Shown here: positions 36,501-44,200 of the stretch, one piece after another
How positions within the stretch are numbered: position 1 is the first letter of the stretch
Layout of the letters: every line of letters starts with the position of its first letter
NCBI GenBank assembly: GCA_044867425.1
Contig: JBIOUX010000167.1
Coordinates: forward strand, 20,365-84,364
Origin: Acidimicrobiia bacterium
Lineage (GTDB): Bacteria; Actinomycetota; Acidimicrobiia; IMCC26256; BP-133
Direction of reading: 5' to 3'
DNA: 64,000 nucleotides
Notes under the pieces: model-generated
Databases searched by the model: none
What the model saw: only the letters and a program-made list of their open reading frames with translations
Told to the model about the DNA's origin: nothing
Position numbers and translations under genes: made by a program

Positions 36501-37242
36501 GCAGAAGAAGGCGAGCGGGACCGCGGACACGGTGGTCCGTGAGGTGGAGCGGGTGGTGGAGACGATCGTCCTCCAGGAGCCCATCCGCCAGAAGCTGCCC
36601 CGGAAGCGGAACTCGAAGACGTTCTCCTTCCGGGTGGCCGACTGCCACGGCTACGCCACGGTGGGGGAGTACGAGGACGGCCGACCCGGCGAGATCTTCC
36701 TCAAGGTGGCGAAGCAGGGCTCCACCATGGCCGGGATCATGGACGCCTTCGCCATCTCGGTGTCCCACGGCCTGCAGTACGGCGTGCCCCTCAAGGCCTT
36801 CGTGGAGATGTTCATCAACATGCGCTTCGAGCCGGCGGGGATCACCGACGACCCCGAGATCCGCCTGGCCGCCAGCCTGGTGGACTACATCTTCCGGCGC
36901 CTGGCGGTGGAGTACCTGCCCTATGAGGACCGGGTCGACCTCGGCATCCTCACCGTGGGGGAGCGGACCCAGCCCACCCTGCCCGGGGTGGAGGAGGCGT
37001 CGATCCCGCCCGAGCCGTCGGCCGAGCTCAGCCTCGACCTGACCGACGGTCCGGGCACCCCGCCGCCGGCGGGGCCCAGCGCCCCGCCGCCTGCCGCGGC
37101 TCCCGGGCCGCAGGCAGCCGCCGTCCCCGAGGGCACCCGCCGCATCGACGCCCCCTTTTGCTACAACTGCGGCATGGAGATGCAGCGGGCCGGGAGCTGC
37201 TACGTCTGCTCCTCCTGCGGCGCCACCAGCGGCTGCTCCTAG
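30553..37242 (+). CDS. nrdJ: Vitamin B12-dependent class II ribonucleotide reductase precursor with three inteins (predicted mature 938 aa)
   Basis: FNSPVWFN, SACFI, SGGKTRRAAKM, NP|CSEY, APTGTI, GAISK|TINMP, AIYRD, C-terminal TSCPD/Zn-ribbon region. Confidence 0.96.
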   Translation: MAMAPEQVGIGVRRHFTRAGVHPYDSVAWEKRDARIPNYKSGGDAFFQPGVEFPVSWSQNATNIVAQKYFRGQLGTPGRESSLRQVIDRVADTISDWGVRDGYFVDEAEADAFRDELKYLLVHQRAAFNSPVWFNIGVKGVPAQASACFILAVDDTMSSILNWYVEEGTIFKGGSGSGINLSNIRSSVEPLAGGGTASGPVSFMRGADASAGTIKCLHADTELVTDHGSVPIRSVAAGWQVLTRHGFRTVTAVHDNGVRPLVRVRTALGDEITCTPEHRFRVRTTLGEMWRQAGELGPDDYVVVDLAHTDAGSPQRLVAAEPGSAEVVLPEALDEAFAVWLGWAHGEGRLRPVAGSGALAVHLDGEDKALVERYRAFTTSVFGRRAVAGMSTARGGAAPPATLCAPTVARFLRDNGLWRLGAATVPRPVRSSPAAVRAAFLAGLFESDGHVQHGCPTLWTRRRGLALDVHRLLLSIGIPSKVSQARPPVSVKAGFAEPGDDDAAPGAAPTSGPGERGVPEKQGLWRVRVVGGEGVRRFAKLVGFVSEGKARLLETALEVAKEEPEAFEASWFFPHVDAELDRLAFGIGASLRAAIGSYRHDAHPYGMSLPRAAGIAAAFPAELEGPLARFARGEELYVPVTVEAAGEGPTFDLTVEDVHEYLVHSVVTHNSGGKTRRAAKMVILNADHPDIETFIWCKAVEERKARALAAAGFDMDLDGVDSHSIQYQNANNSVRVTDEFMQAVLDDDDWDLNAVTTGEAMKTMKARALLRQISEAAWECADPGMQFDTTINRWHTASNTGRINASNPCFPGDAKVHTDKGLIRFDELVDRVRLGESFGVYTHDATSPDAPAERLEITTPEAVMITGFNEIVKLSFSNGMELRCTPNHKIFTVNRGYVAASELTAADDVKVLDLPAPAVHADWRLPVSTDMRDYSVKGDWSRSLRLPEKWSEDFAHYLGWLVGDGCISENMVTTVYGNGDDQDEILSWHRELLTWMNGDREPKPSVQQNGTLQLRQTRRVVARFLEALGIGHSKASEKKIPWAIEQAPAEIVAAFLRGLFDADGCVYDGENSRYVGMGSASRVLVEDVQRLLATFGVFSRIYATRKGGEACFPYTGKDGVDRTYRSKPLFDLRIANRSIEAFAGHIGFSVPAKHNKLATLLLNHEFYDTCRTVKLLARSEDGVELTYNLCEPRNHSYIVNNIIIRNCSEYMHVDNSACNLASLNLLKFLNDDDMFDVEGFKAAVEVIFTAQEILVGNADYPTPKIGENSRAFRQLGIGYANLGALLMAQGLPYDSDKGRVLAGAITSLMTGHAYATSARTAGRMGPFAGFAKNKEPMLNVLRMHRAEVDKIDPSLAPAELVEAARSSWDEAVEISETHGVRNSQASVLAPTGTIGLMMDCDTTGVEPDLALTKAKKLVGGGTMFIVNQTVPRALRRLGYSDEQREAIIAWIDEHKTILGAPGLRAEDLPVFACAMGDNTIHYMGHVRMMAAVQPFISGAISKCVVGETLLSTANGLVRIGSLHRGEPADSFRDEYIEVASLGGTHKTDAFYYGGVRPVREAVLRSGHRVVGTPNHRLLVAGDGDVAWKRLDEVEPGDHVAVHYGAEMWSTLPARFDDFRPSARYGSQKRVRIPDEMSEELAFLLGAYVAEGHTTRCTWTVTITNSVPEVLERVAAAWRSLFGVEARIARPVDRCASVIVSSKTIVEFLEYLGCGDRASSKRIPDAVLCSPRSMVLAFLQGLFLDGYGAWMGRTPKAAICVDSPALLDDLQAVLTNLGVVHSRNSKLNRQNGKTCDEVYATGEAAQRLLRLVPFAEPAKAARAAELLAATPSQSNSDVVPGITPRDLLQLIPRGKWGSGSRTRTEFGFLHDPRTQHVSRRTLQRVAAIPGVELPYWLQLVIVDDLHFSPMERIADAGEREVYDISVPLVHAFVGNGIVNHNTINMPEEATVEDVEDLHIEAWKLGIKAIAIYRDNCKVAQPLSTQKKASGTADTVVREVERVVETIVLQEPIRQKLPRKRNSKTFSFRVADCHGYATVGEYEDGRPGEIFLKVAKQGSTMAGIMDAFAISVSHGLQYGVPLKAFVEMFINMRFEPAGITDDPEIRLAASLVDYIFRRLAVEYLPYEDRVDLGILTVGERTQPTLPGVEEASIPPEPSAELSLDLTDGPGTPPPAGPSAPPPAAAPGPQAAAVPEGTRRIDAPFCYNCGMEMQRAGSCYVCSSCGATSGCS
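31198..32562 (+). mobile_element. NrdJ intein 1 (455 aa), degenerate endonuclease
   Basis: TIK|CLHADT...VVTHN|SGG; TPEHRF block B; LAGLFESDG present, first dodecapeptide decayed (WLGWAHGEG). Confidence 0.9.
32089..32113 (+). repeat. R27 copy inside intein 1 (GPGERGVPE)
   Basis: CCCGGGGAGCGAGGTGTCCCCGAGA. Confidence 0.65.
32977..34170 (+). mobile_element. NrdJ intein 2 (398 aa) with LAGLIDADG endonuclease, inserted just before the thiyl-radical Cys
   Basis: ASNP|CFPGDA...IIIRN|CSEY; TPNHKI; YLGWLVGDG and FLRGLFDADG. Confidence 0.92.
35059..36372 (+). mobile_element. NrdJ intein 3 (438 aa) with LAGLIDADG endonuclease
   Basis: GAISK|CVVGET...IVNHN|TINMP; TPNHRL; LLGAYVAEG and FLQGLFLDG. Confidence 0.92.
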
Positions 37243-37247
37243 AAACA

Positions 37248-37300
37248 GCGGCCGGCCCGGAGATCCACGCGAACGCGTGAGGTGCATCCGGGCCGGCTGC
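37248..37300. terminator. Long hairpin after nrdJ
   Basis: GCGGCCGGCCCGGA pairs with TCCGGGCCGGCTGC (14 bp, one G-U); inner CACGCG/CGCGTG. Confidence 0.55.
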
Positions 37301-37417
37301 ATCAGGGTGGAGCGGTACGACGGTGCCGACCCGAAAGCAGGCCCAATCATGAGTTTCACTGGATGGGGCGACGGCCTCGCCCTTCCCATCATTCCTGGAC
37401 GTGACCACATTCGCGGG

Positions 37418-38731
37418 GAGCGTGGTCAGTTGGCGGTTGTCGAAGCCGGCCACGAGGTGGGGGAAGCCGACGACGGCAGCCATGACCGCCATCACCCGGG
37501 GGTCCCCGAACCGCAGCGCGGGTGCGTGCTGGCCGTCGATCTCGGACGGCCGGGCCACCTCGTTGAAGGTGACCACGTCAGGGGCCGGCTGGGCATCGGC
37601 TGCTTGAGCGTCACACAGACGCTGGTTGGCGGAGTCGCCAACGGATCGGAGGGCGTGCCAGTTCTCGGCGTTGACCCGCCGGCCGATCCCGAAGTCCCGG
37701 GTGTCGCTGATCACCGTCTCGGTGCGTAGCGCCCGGTGCTCTTTGAAGTACTGCTTGATCCGCGACGACTTGAAGTAGCAGACCATCTCGGGGTCGACCC
37801 TTTTGGTGATCACCTTGGTGCGGAACGTCCCCGGCGTGCGGCTGGTGACCTTCTTGTCGAAGATCAACGCCACCGAAGAGGGCCGTCCCACGTCGAGGTG
37901 GTCGCGGATGACCCCCTCGAAGCAGGACCGTCCCGCTTGGGGCCGGTCGAAGACCCGGGTGTCGGAGACCTCGAACTGGCGGAAGGCGAGTTCGTCGACA
38001 TAGCCGGCCCGCAGATCCGCCCGGGTGAACGGGGACGGGAGCTGGTGGACCCACCGCCAAAAGAAGCTCTTCACCGCCCCTGGGCCGAGTCGGTCACAGA
38101 TCCGCCGCAACTCCCGAGGGTCCTCACAGGAGCGGAAGCCGTTGTCGAGGGCCTGGTAGCCGATCCCCGCCTTCTCCAACTGCCGCTTGGCCCACTCGTG
38201 GCCGTTGAGCCAGATCCAGATCGGCCAAGGGGCGTAGGCGTTGGTCTTCCAGAACGCTCCGCCCCAGTCCGGGTCCCACAGGTAAAAGTAGAAGTGGTTC
38301 ACGAACGCCATCTGCCGTCCCCACTCCATATGCGGATGGCGGGCCTTCTTCTGACCCTTCGCGACCCAGGACCGCCAGACGGATGCCTTCTCCTGGGCGA
38401 TGCCGATGAGGACCACCTTCCCGTCCCCACCCTCCCGGGCGGCCTCATCGATGAGCGGCCGGGCCACCGCTTCCTTGTTCTCCCCCTTCTGAAAATGGAC
38501 CACGGGGATGCCGTGGCGTTTGGCGAAGCGGTGGACGGTGGCCACGTAGCCGTCGCCGATCTTCCCGAACGCCGCCCCCGACGGGATGATGAACCGCCGC
38601 TGCCAGCGGAGGAACCGGCACACCAGGCCCACCCACTGCAGCTTGGGCACATAGGCCTGGAGGAAGATCCGGTCGATCGACCGGCAAGTGAGCGTCACAT
38701 GGTCCCGGAGTAGGGTCGCGTAGTCGGCCAT
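37418..38731 (-). pseudogene. 3'-truncated transposase-like gene of an uncharacterised family
   Basis: GGAGG SD before ATG; DRIFLQAYVPKLQ, FYFYLWDPDWG, LNGHEWAKRQL..DNGF, IKQYFKEHRALRTET; protein-like sequence ends near GFDNRQLTT and the frame runs on antisense into nrdJ; family assignment from memory. Confidence 0.55.
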
Positions 38732-38742
38732 CGCAACCTCCA

Positions 38743-38811
38743 CGGGTCTTGAGCGACCCGAAGGCTATGACCGACGCGACCGGGGTGGTTCCGCGGAACC
38801 GACCCCGTCGC
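38743..38811. other. Two hairpins upstream of the transposase-like gene (possible element end)
   Basis: CGGGTC-TTGAGC-GACCCG (38743-38760); GCGAC.GGGGT-GGTTCCGCGGAACC-.ACCCC.GTCGC (38776-38811). Confidence 0.55.
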
Positions 38812-38853
38812 GCTGTCTTGTTACTCGGCGGTATGAGGCTCGCTCGCTACCTG

Positions 38854-39342
38854 CTAGCTGACGACAACCGTCCCCGTCATCCCCAACGAGGCGTGGTGGA
38901 CGCAGAAGTAGCCGTAGGTCCCGGGCTGGTCGAACTTCGCGGTAAACGTGTTTCGGTTGCCGTCGGGCTTGACCAACTGGGTCTCGGTGACCTCCGGGTC
39001 GAACTCGCACTTGCAGGGCTGTCCGCCGTCGGTGCCCTTGATGTCACTCGACTGGAAGATCACGGAGTGGCAGAAGGGCACGTCCCAGCGCCAGGTGACG
39101 GAGTCGCCCACCTTCACCTGGCTGGTGGAGTTGCCGGTGGTCTCGTCGGTGAAGGTGAATAATCCGACGCCGATGTGAGTGGCCGACCCGCCCGGGTCGG
39201 ACTCGAGGGCGGCGGCGCAGTCACCCCCGGGGTCGCCGGGGAAGAGCGGGAAGAAGTGGACGGCCCCGGCGGGGACGGCCAGAGCCAAGAGCATGGCAAG
39301 AAGCAGCGGGGGGAAAGCGAGCGGGGCTCGACGAGCAAGCAT
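38854..39342 (-). CDS. Secreted cupredoxin / plastocyanin-like protein
   Basis: Signal peptide; VKVGDSVTW, CHSV (His), FDQPGTYGYFCVHHASLGM (type-1 Cu Cys-His-Met loop). Confidence 0.85.
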   Translation of the reverse strand: MLARRAPLAFPPLLLAMLLALAVPAGAVHFFPLFPGDPGGDCAAALESDPGGSATHIGVGLFTFTDETTGNSTSQVKVGDSVTWRWDVPFCHSVIFQSSDIKGTDGGQPCKCEFDPEVTETQLVKPDGNRNTFTAKFDQPGTYGYFCVHHASLGMTGTVVVS

Positions 39343-39651
39343 GGGTGCCTCACCTTCCAAGATCGCCTTTCAGACGCAGCCAGTTTGCCCGGATTGGCCT
39401 ACACCCGAAAGACCACGTCCTCGACCAAGCGCGCCGCTGGTCGGGATTCATGCGACAGCCTCTGACCTGCCAAAACGCAAACTACACGGGCGAAATTCGT
39501 CGTGAATGAAAGGGTCTGCAAAACCCTGTACAGCGGTTCAATTCCGCTCGCCGCCTCTGAGGTTCTCCCTGGTCAGGACCCGCCGCCTCTGGGGTGATCA
39601 CCCCCCGGAGGGGGCGACCAGATTCTGGGTATCCAAGGCGCAATAGGCGCG

Positions 39652-39930
39652 TCAGGCGCAGCCCTCGATGGCCTGCACCGAGCCTTCCTCGCCGGAACGG
39701 AAGGACTCGACCTTGGTGCCGTCGGTCTCGAAGATCCTCACCGGCCCGATGCCGTCCATGCGCAACCTGGACTCCGCCGTGAGGGCTTCGATAGTGGTGG
39801 TTGTGGTGGGAGTGGAGGTGGTGGTGGTGGTCTCCTCGGCGGCCGTGGTGCTGGAGGACGATTCCTCGACCCGCTCAGTCGTCCCACGGCGGGGACCGTG
39901 GCACGGACCGAGGATCTCCGCCATCCACAC
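39652..39930 (-). pseudogene. Remnant of a secreted/lipoprotein gene
   Basis: Thr/Ser-rich linker followed by LRMDGIGPVR joined directly to IFETDGTKV..AIEGCA; no clean start. Confidence 0.35.
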
Positions 39931-40291
39931 TGCGTGGCCGGCGAAAGACTTCGCGTATCTGACAAAGCCCCCTTGACCCACCCTGGGTCCCCCTTCAGAG
40001 TTAAAGGTCCCCACGGCATCGCTTCGGAAACGGGACGCTGGATCGAGCGACCACCAGCGGTGACCGGGGGATGCAGCACCTGAACAGGGCTCTCCCCGAA
40101 GGAGGTGCGAACGGCATGACCGTGGCGAGCAGCGAGGAGAGTCCGCCCCGCTGATCCCGCCGGCCGGAACAATCCGGCTGGCCAACATCTCGAAACACAG
40201 CTTCATGTCGAGCTGCCGGTCAGATCATGTGTGACCGGCAGCTCTATGTTTCTCAGGGGCCTCCGAGCCACGGCGCCCCTATGCTGCGCTC

Positions 40292-40933
40292 GTGATCAAC
40301 TACTGCCCCCGCTGTGGCGCCGCCTTCGAGGCCGAGATCATGGGCGAATGGATCCGGGCCAACATCCGCTGCCCGGACTGCCGCCTGGCCATCACCGAGC
40401 CTCCGGCCATGCTGGCACCTTCGGACGACGAGGTCGGCTACGTCCTGGAGGACTGGCCGGTCTCGGACCGGGGGGCGGTGAGCGCCGCCCTGGACGAGGT
40501 CGACATCCCCTTCCGCTGGGAGGAGGGCCTGGTGCTGGTCGTGCCCGGCTCCGTCGAGCAGCGGGTCGACCGGCTCCTCGACGACATCCAGGCCGAGTCG
40601 GCCGAAGCCGCCTCGCCCGACGCCGCCCTGGCGGCCGAAGGCGACTTCGAGGCCGACGGCGGCGAGGAGGCCCAGGCGGCCATGGCCGACGTGTTCGTGG
40701 CTGCCGACCGGCTCCGGCACGAGCCGTACGACAAGGGCGCCGCCAGCGATCTGGCGACCGCCGCCGACACCGTGGAGGCGGCGCCGCCCCCCTTCGGTAT
40801 CGACCGCCAGTTGTGGAGCCGGATCGCCACGATGGCGTCGACGGTCGTCGCGCAATTCGACGCCGAGGCCGACGGCGAGACGGTGGCCCAGAGCGCCCGG
40901 GAGCTGCGGGACCTCTTGCGCGACTACGTGTAG
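40292..40933 (+). CDS. Zn-ribbon plus DUF2007-like hypothetical protein
   Basis: YCPRCG..RCPDC, ALDEVDIPFRWE, acidic helical C-terminus. Confidence 0.7.
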   Translation: MINYCPRCGAAFEAEIMGEWIRANIRCPDCRLAITEPPAMLAPSDDEVGYVLEDWPVSDRGAVSAALDEVDIPFRWEEGLVLVVPGSVEQRVDRLLDDIQAESAEAASPDAALAAEGDFEADGGEEAQAAMADVFVAADRLRHEPYDKGAASDLATAADTVEAAPPPFGIDRQLWSRIATMASTVVAQFDAEADGETVAQSARELRDLLRDYV

Positions 40934-41045
40934 GACTCGGGGCTGGTTCGGGGTCGGCTCAGGGTCATTCCCGATACCCGAGCGCTCCTCGGGGCTTCAC
41001 GATGGTTGTGAGCGGAAGGTCCGCCTCACGAACCGGAGTAGCCGA

Positions 41046-41228
41046 ATGAACGACCTCGAACGTTCCGACTTCCTCTTCACCACGGCGGTGGTCTCGACGG
41101 CCGTGGTGGCGGTGGCCGTCGCCATCCTCATGCTCTTCGCCGCCTTGAGCCCCGAGATCAGCCTCGACATCCCCGGGGTGAGCCGGTGCCGGGGCGCCAG
41201 CTGCCTCTCCGGCGGCGGGGGCGACTGA
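41046..41228 (+). CDS. Small single-pass membrane protein (60 aa)
   Basis: GGAG upstream of ATG, one long hydrophobic stretch, host-like codons. Confidence 0.5.
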   Translation: MNDLERSDFLFTTAVVSTAVVAVAVAILMLFAALSPEISLDIPGVSRCRGASCLSGGGGD

Positions 41229-41257
41229 CCTGACCGCCGTCACGGGCCGCGCCGGGC

Positions 41258-44200
41258 TCAGGACGGGGCGGCCCGCAGGCGATCCATCTCCCGGCGGATG
41301 CGCTGCTCGCTCACCGGGTGGGCCGTGCCCAGGGTCTGGGCGAAGAGGCTGACCCGGAGCTCCTCCAGCATCCAGCGGACGGCTTCGACCTCGGCGTCGC
41401 CGGGCCGGGCGTCGCGCAGCTGGTGATACTCCCCCTCGAGGGCCTGGACCCGGCCCATCAGGTCGGTGTCGCGCCGGGTGCCCTGGGCCAGCTTGTCCAA
41501 CCGGCGCTCCATCGCCTCCAGGTAGCGCAACACATCGCCCAGGCGCTCCACCCCGGCGGCTCCGACGAAGCCGGGGAACACCAGGCCCGACAGCTGCCGG
41601 CGCATGTCCGCCACCGCCGGCCGCAGCGGGGCCGCCGTGGTGGCGTCCAGGCGGTCCTCGACCATGCCGGCCACCACCAGGATGCCGCCGGTCACGGTGG
41701 CCACGTAGACGGCGGTGTCGACCAGCCCGCGCTCGACGGCGGCCCGCAGCTCGGAGAAGCCGGACTCGTCCCACGCCGGCCCCCCGTGATCGGCCATCAG
41801 GCGGTCGACGGCGGCGCTGATGCAGTCGCCCAGCAGCTCGGCCGCACTGCCGTAGGGGCTGCGGGCCAGGACGAGCTTGGTGTCGTTGGCCAGCTGACGC
41901 TGCACCGCCTTGGCCGGCGACGGGACGGCCAGGAGGAGGAGGCGCCGGGTCCCCGTCCACATGGCCCGCTCCTGGGCGGCCGGGCTGGTGAGCACCCGCA
42001 CGGCCACGCTGTCGACCTCGTCGACCAGGGCGGGATAGGCCTCCACGGTATGGCCGGCCCAGCTCACCTCGACGGTGTGGGGCAGGCGGCCGAAGTCCCA
42101 GGCCCGCAACCCGCTTCGTTCGAAGGACCGGGCGGCGCCGGCGACGGCCGCCCGCATCCGGTCCGCCAGCCGGCGCCGGAGCTCGTCGAGGTCCCGGCCG
42201 GCGGCCAGGGTGCGGCCGGACTCGTCCTCCACCCGGAACGTGATCCGCAGGTGAGCGGGGAGACGTCCGGGATCGAAGTCGGCGCCGCCGACCGGCTCCC
42301 CGCTCATCCGGGTGAGCTCCCGGGCCAGCACCGGGAGCAGCGGCCCGTTCCCCGGGCCCGCCCGGGTGAGGAAGTCGCGGGCGTAGTCGGCGGCGGGCAC
42401 CAGGTTGCGCCGCAACGCCTTGGGCAGGGAGCGGATGAGGGCGGTGACCAGCTCGTGGCGCCAGCCCGGGATCTGCCAGTCGAAGCCGGCGCCCTCCAGC
42501 CCGTCGAGGAGCGGGAGGGGGACGGTGACCGTGATCCCGTCCGACTCGGACGTCGGGTCGAACTCGTATTCCAGCGCCAGCGTGGCCTCGCCCACCGCCC
42601 AGCGGTCCGGATGGTCGGCCCGGCTGACGGGGCCGGCGCCGGGATCGAGCAGCCCCTCCAGGGTGAAGTCGAACAGATGGGGCTGGGCCGGCTGCTCGTC
42701 CTTCCACCACCGGTCGAAGTGCCGGGCCGAGGTCACCACCCCGGGCAGGCGCTCGTCGTAGAAGGCGACGAGCACCTCCTCGTCCACCAGCAGGTCACGC
42801 CGGCGGGTCCTCGCCTCCAGGGTCCGGACCTCCTCCACCAGCCGGGCGTTGTGCTCCACGAACCGGTGATGGGTCCGCCACTCGCCCTCCACCAGGGCGT
42901 GGCGGATGAACAGCTCCCGGGCCCCGGCGGGGTCCACCCGCCCATAGCCCACCCGGCGGGCGGTGACGATGGGCAGGCCATAGAGGGCGACCCGCTCATA
43001 GGCCATGGCCTCGCCGTGCTCGGCGTCCCAGTGGGGCTCGCTGTAGCTGCGCTTCACCAGGTGGGCGCCCAGGCGTTCGGCCCACTCGGGCTGGATGCGG
43101 GCCGCCACCCGGGCCCACAGCCGGTTCGTCTCCACCAGCTCGGCGGCCATCACCCACCGGGGTGTGGCCTTGAACAGCGACGAGCCGGGGGCGATGGCGA
43201 AGCGGGCGCCGCGTGCCCCCTGATAGTCGCGGGTCGTCCCGTCCCGGGCCCCGATGTGGGACAGGAGGCCGGCCAGCAGCGACAGGTGGATCCGGTCCGG
43301 GTTGCCGGGCTGCGTGTTGACCTGGAGGCCGAGGCTGCGGGTCACCTGGCGGAGCTGGCCGTAGATGTCCTGCCACTCCCGGACCCGCAGGTAGTTGAGG
43401 AACTCGGCCCGGCACCGTTTGCGAAACTGGTTCGACGACAGGGCTTCGGCCTGCTCGGTCAGGTGGTCCCAGAGCCGGAGGTAGGCCAGGAAGTCGGAGT
43501 CACCGCCGGCGAAGCGGCCATGCCACTCGTCGGCCGCCTGCTGCTTGTCGGCCGGCCGCTCCCGGGGGTCCTGGATGGCCAGGGCGGCGGTGATGACCAT
43601 CACCTCGTGGATGCAGCCGTGGCTCTCGGCCTCGAGCACCATGCGGCCCAGCCGGGGATCCAGGGGGAGGCGGGCCAGCCGCCGGCCGAGCCGGGTGAGG
43701 CGCCGGCTCGGCTCGTGGGCCGCCGGGTCGAGTGCCCCCAGCTCCTCCAGCAGCGCCACGCCGTCCTTGATGTTGCGGGCATCGGGCGCCTCCACGAAGG
43801 GGAAGCGGGCCATGTCCCCCAGCCCCAGGGCCTCCATCTGGAGGATGACCGAGGCCAGGTTGGTGCGCAGGATCTCGGGCTCGGTGAACTCGGGGCGGGC
43901 GGCGAAGTCGTCCTCGGCGTACAACCGCAGGCAGATGCCGGGGGCCACCCGGCCACAGCGTCCGGCCCGCTGGTTGGCCGACGCCTGGGACACCGCCTCG
44001 ATGGGAAGGCGCTGCACCTTGGTCCGGCAGTTGTAGCGGGAGATCCGGGCCGTGCCCGGATCGACGACGTAGCGGATGCCCGGCACGGTGAGCGAGGTCT
44101 CGGCCACGTTGGTGGCCAGCACCACCCGGCGACCCGGGGCCCGGGGTGTCCCCGAAGAGACCGGGTGGGGTTGGAAGACCCGGTGTTGCTCGGCCGCTGA

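Noticed and set aside
37028-37417. C-terminal part of the 571-aa minus-strand ORF overlapping nrdJ
   Set aside because: Reads antisense through the nrdJ 3' end and terminator; interpreted as run-on after truncation.
39793-39850. GTG/GGT-rich microsatellite-like tract
   Set aside because: Explained as the antisense of Thr codons in a linker.
40934-41045. Possible tRNA or integration site (GGTTCG-containing, hairpins)
   Set aside because: No cloverleaf, no complete T-loop consensus, no CCA end.
4545-44200. Long antisense ORFs (e.g. 4545..6533, 21778..23517, 26733..28460, 30988..33312, 41318..44200)
   Set aside because: Shadow frames expected opposite GC3-rich genes; each mirrors a well-supported gene on the other strand.
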